Positions 62,279 through 64,000 of a DNA stretch of 64,000 nucleotides are shown here, piece after piece. The notes under the pieces were generated by a model, which did no database searches, had not been told where the DNA came from, and was given only the letters and a program-made list of their open reading frames with translations. The stretch's first letter is position 1, and each line of letters opens with the position of its first letter. The DNA is from a bacterium. Lineage in GTDB: Bacteria > Chloroflexota > Dormibacteria > Aeolococcales > Bog-877. A program made the translations under genes and the position numbers. The stretch spans positions 28,914 to 92,913 of the forward strand of contig JAKAXE010000002.1 of the NCBI GenBank assembly GCA_021816695.1, in the 5' to 3' direction.

Positions 62279-64000
62279 GTGCTCCGCCTCTTCGACACCC
62301 GCACACGGGCGGTGCGCCCGTTGGTCCCGCTGCGCGATGGGACGCTGCGGATGTACAGCTGCGGTCCCACCGTCTACCGCTCGGTGCACATCGGCAACCT
62401 GCGCACCTACCTGCTGGCCGATTGGATCAAGCGCGTGGCCCGGGCCCAGGGCTGGCAGGTCCTCCACGTCAAGAACATCACCGACGTCGGACACATGCGC
62501 CAGGAGATGGCCGAGCGCGGCGGGGACAAGGTGATCGCCGCCGCCCTGGCGGCGGGCAGGACGCCAAGGGAGATCGCCGACCACTTCGAGCAGGAGTTTC
62601 ACGAGGCCGAGGCCAAGCTACTGATCGAGCCGGCGGACGTCTTTCCCCGGGCCACCGACCACGTGCCCCAGATGCTGGAGCTCATCGCCAGGCTTCTGGA
62701 AAGGGGCCTCGCCTACCTGGTGGACGGCACCGTCTACTTCGACACCGCCAGGCACCCGGGGTATGGGGCCCTCTCGGGGAACACCCCGGACCTCCTCCTG
62801 AACGGCGCCGGTGCCGAGGCCGACCCCGCCAAGCGCCACCCCGCCGACTTCACCCTCTGGCGGGCGGCCGACCCCGGCCGCCAGATGATGGTCTGGGACA
62901 GCCCCTACGGCCCCGGGTTCCCCGGTTGGCACATCGAGTGCTCCGCCATGTCGATGACCTACCTGGGCGAGGAGATCGACCTGCACACGGGCGGGGTGGA
63001 CAACATCTTCCCCCACCACGAGGACGAGCTGGCGCAGAGCGAGGGCGCCACCGGGGGCCGGTTCGTCCGGCACTGGGTGCACGGCCAGCACCTTCTCGCG
63101 GACGGGGTCAAGATGGCCAAGTCCCAGGGCAACGTGTACACCGTCGCCGACCTCGAGGAACGGGGCTTCGACCCCCTGGCCTTCCGCCTCCTCTGCGCCC
63201 AGGTCGGCTACCGGACGCGGCTGAACTTCACCCTCGCGGCCCTGGCCGGCGCCGAGCACGGGCTGCGCCGGCTCCGCCGCGCCGCCGCCACCAGGGAGGG
63301 CGAGGTGGACCCGGCCCGGGCGCGGGAGCTGGAGCTCGCGGTGCGGTCGGCGATGGAGGACGACCTCGACCTGCCGACGGCGGTCGCCGCCACCTTCGCC
63401 TTCGCCGCCGACTCGAAGATGACCCCGGCCACCAGGGCTGCCGGCCTCTTGGCCGCCGACCGGCTGCTGGGCCTGGCCCTGGAGCGCAGTCCCGAGGTCC
63501 CCCTAGGCGAGGGGCCCTGGACCGAGCTGGCCACCAGCCGGTCGAGGCTGCGGCAGGCGGCCAGCTTCGCCGAGGCGGATCGGACCCGCGACCAGCTTCT
63601 CACTCTGCGGGCCGTCCCCGAGGACCGTCCCGGAGGGGGCCGGCTGCGGAGAGCCACCGCCCTCGACCTGCGCCGGGGGCTGATCTCCTCACCGCAGGAG
63701 GTCCCCGATGGCAGATCGGCCCCGGACGCCCTCGAGGTCTCCGTCAGCATCGTGGCCGGCCCCTACCCCGAGGACCTGGAGCGGTGCCTCGATAGCCTGC
63801 GGCGGTACAGCAAGGGCCACGAGGTCGAGTACCTCGTGGTGGACAACGACGCCGGTCCCGAGGTGTCCAGCCTGCTCTCCCGCCTGCGGGAGGAGGAGCC
63901 GCGGCTGCGCTTCTTCCGCGCCGACCACCAGCTGGGGGAGGCGGCGGCGCGCAACCTCACCATCCGAGCCGCTCGCGGGCGAGCCATCCTCATGCTGGAC
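62279..64000 (+). CDS. cysS: Cysteine--tRNA ligase continuing in frame into a GT2 glycosyltransferase domain (3' end beyond window)
   Basis: Absent from the track because there is no stop before the window end. My translation from GTG 62279: VLRLFDTRTR...MYSCGPTVYRSVHIGNLRTY (HIGH), GWHIECSAM, FPHHEDELAQS, KMAKSQG (KMSKS), MEDDLDLPTA, FAEADRTRDQLL (CysRS C-terminal helix). After a ~27-aa linker comes VSVSIVAGPYPEDLERCLDSL...EYLVVDNDAGPE...RNLTIRAARGRAILMLD (GT2 motifs). Confidence 0.8.
   Translation, partial: MLRLFDTRTRAVRPLVPLRDGTLRMYSCGPTVYRSVHIGNLRTYLLADWIKRVARAQGWQVLHVKNITDVGHMRQEMAERGGDKVIAAALAAGRTPREIADHFEQEFHEAEAKLLIEPADVFPRATDHVPQMLELIARLLERGLAYLVDGTVYFDTARHPGYGALSGNTPDLLLNGAGAEADPAKRHPADFTLWRAADPGRQMMVWDSPYGPGFPGWHIECSAMSMTYLGEEIDLHTGGVDNIFPHHEDELAQSEGATGGRFVRHWVHGQHLLADGVKMAKSQGNVYTVADLEERGFDPLAFRLLCAQVGYRTRLNFTLAALAGAEHGLRRLRRAAATREGEVDPARARELELAVRSAMEDDLDLPTAVAATFAFAADSKMTPATRAAGLLAADRLLGLALERSPEVPLGEGPWTELATSRSRLRQAASFAEADRTRDQLLTLRAVPEDRPGGGRLRRATALDLRRGLISSPQEVPDGRSAPDALEVSVSIVAGPYPEDLERCLDSLRRYSKGHEVEYLVVDNDAGPEVSSLLSRLREEEPRLRFFRADHQLGEAAARNLTIRAARGRAILMLD

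Noticed and set aside
62245-63795. 516-aa plus-strand track ORF
   Set aside because: It is out of frame with the real cysS-GT2 reading frame and translates to Arg/Pro/Gly repeats.

Overview
Very GC-rich, gene-dense chromosomal segment with about 55 protein-coding genes on both strands and many 4-nt ATGA/GTGA/TTGA start-stop overlaps. I found no rRNA, tRNA, CRISPR array, transposase or integrase. Many long ORFs in the supplied track are Arg/Gly/Pro-rich shadow ORFs, antisense or out of frame to the real genes. Two real genes run off the window edges and are missing from the track: a hyfF-like gene at the left and a cysS-GT2 fusion at the right. Left to right: (1) membrane subunits of a group-4 (Hyf/formate-hydrogenlyase-type) NiFe hydrogenase, hyfC-hyfE-hyfF. 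(2) Tryptophanase-family lyase, alpha/beta hydrolase and dnaK. (3) A secreted protein plus GH5 glycosidase, and two Gfo/Idh/MocA oxidoreductases, one fused to a ThuA-like domain. (4) menG/ubiE coupled to an MTAP-family phosphorylase, an EEP nuclease/phosphatase and an LLM-class flavin/F420 oxidoreductase. (5) A membrane protein, a glutaredoxin-like protein and a GT2-GtrA glycosyltransferase, then a BASS transporter. (6) SOS mutasome genes split in two: dnaE2 at 19.2-22.5 kb and imuA-imuB plus an 80-aa ORF at 28.2-30.5 kb. Each part sits behind a GAAC-N4-GTTC LexA box. They are separated by CHAD, ParA, MFS and ftsH genes. (7) HU-like protein, SDR, SCP2, and a TetR-adnA-adnB helicase-nuclease operon. 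(8) Aldehyde dehydrogenase. (9) A tightly packed nine-gene operon, tusA-mvhD-hdrL-hdrA-wHTH-hdrC-hdrB-dsrE-dsrE at 41.0-48.6 kb. This is my best candidate for an undescribed system: an NAD(P)H-linked, possibly electron-bifurcating Hdr-like complex fed by a sulfur-carrier relay. (10) ppdK, ABC exporter, xthA, asd, thrC-lysC, SDR, NiCoT nickel/cobalt permease and glyQS. (11) A cysteinyl-tRNA synthetase that continues in frame into a GT2 glycosyltransferase domain. Cheo-type LexA boxes, AdnAB-type enzymes, an LLM/F420-type oxidoreductase and apparent leaderless promoters suggest a high-GC Gram-positive-like lineage (Actinobacteriota/Chloroflexota-like). That placement is inference only. All family assignments come from motif recognition by eye, not from database searches.
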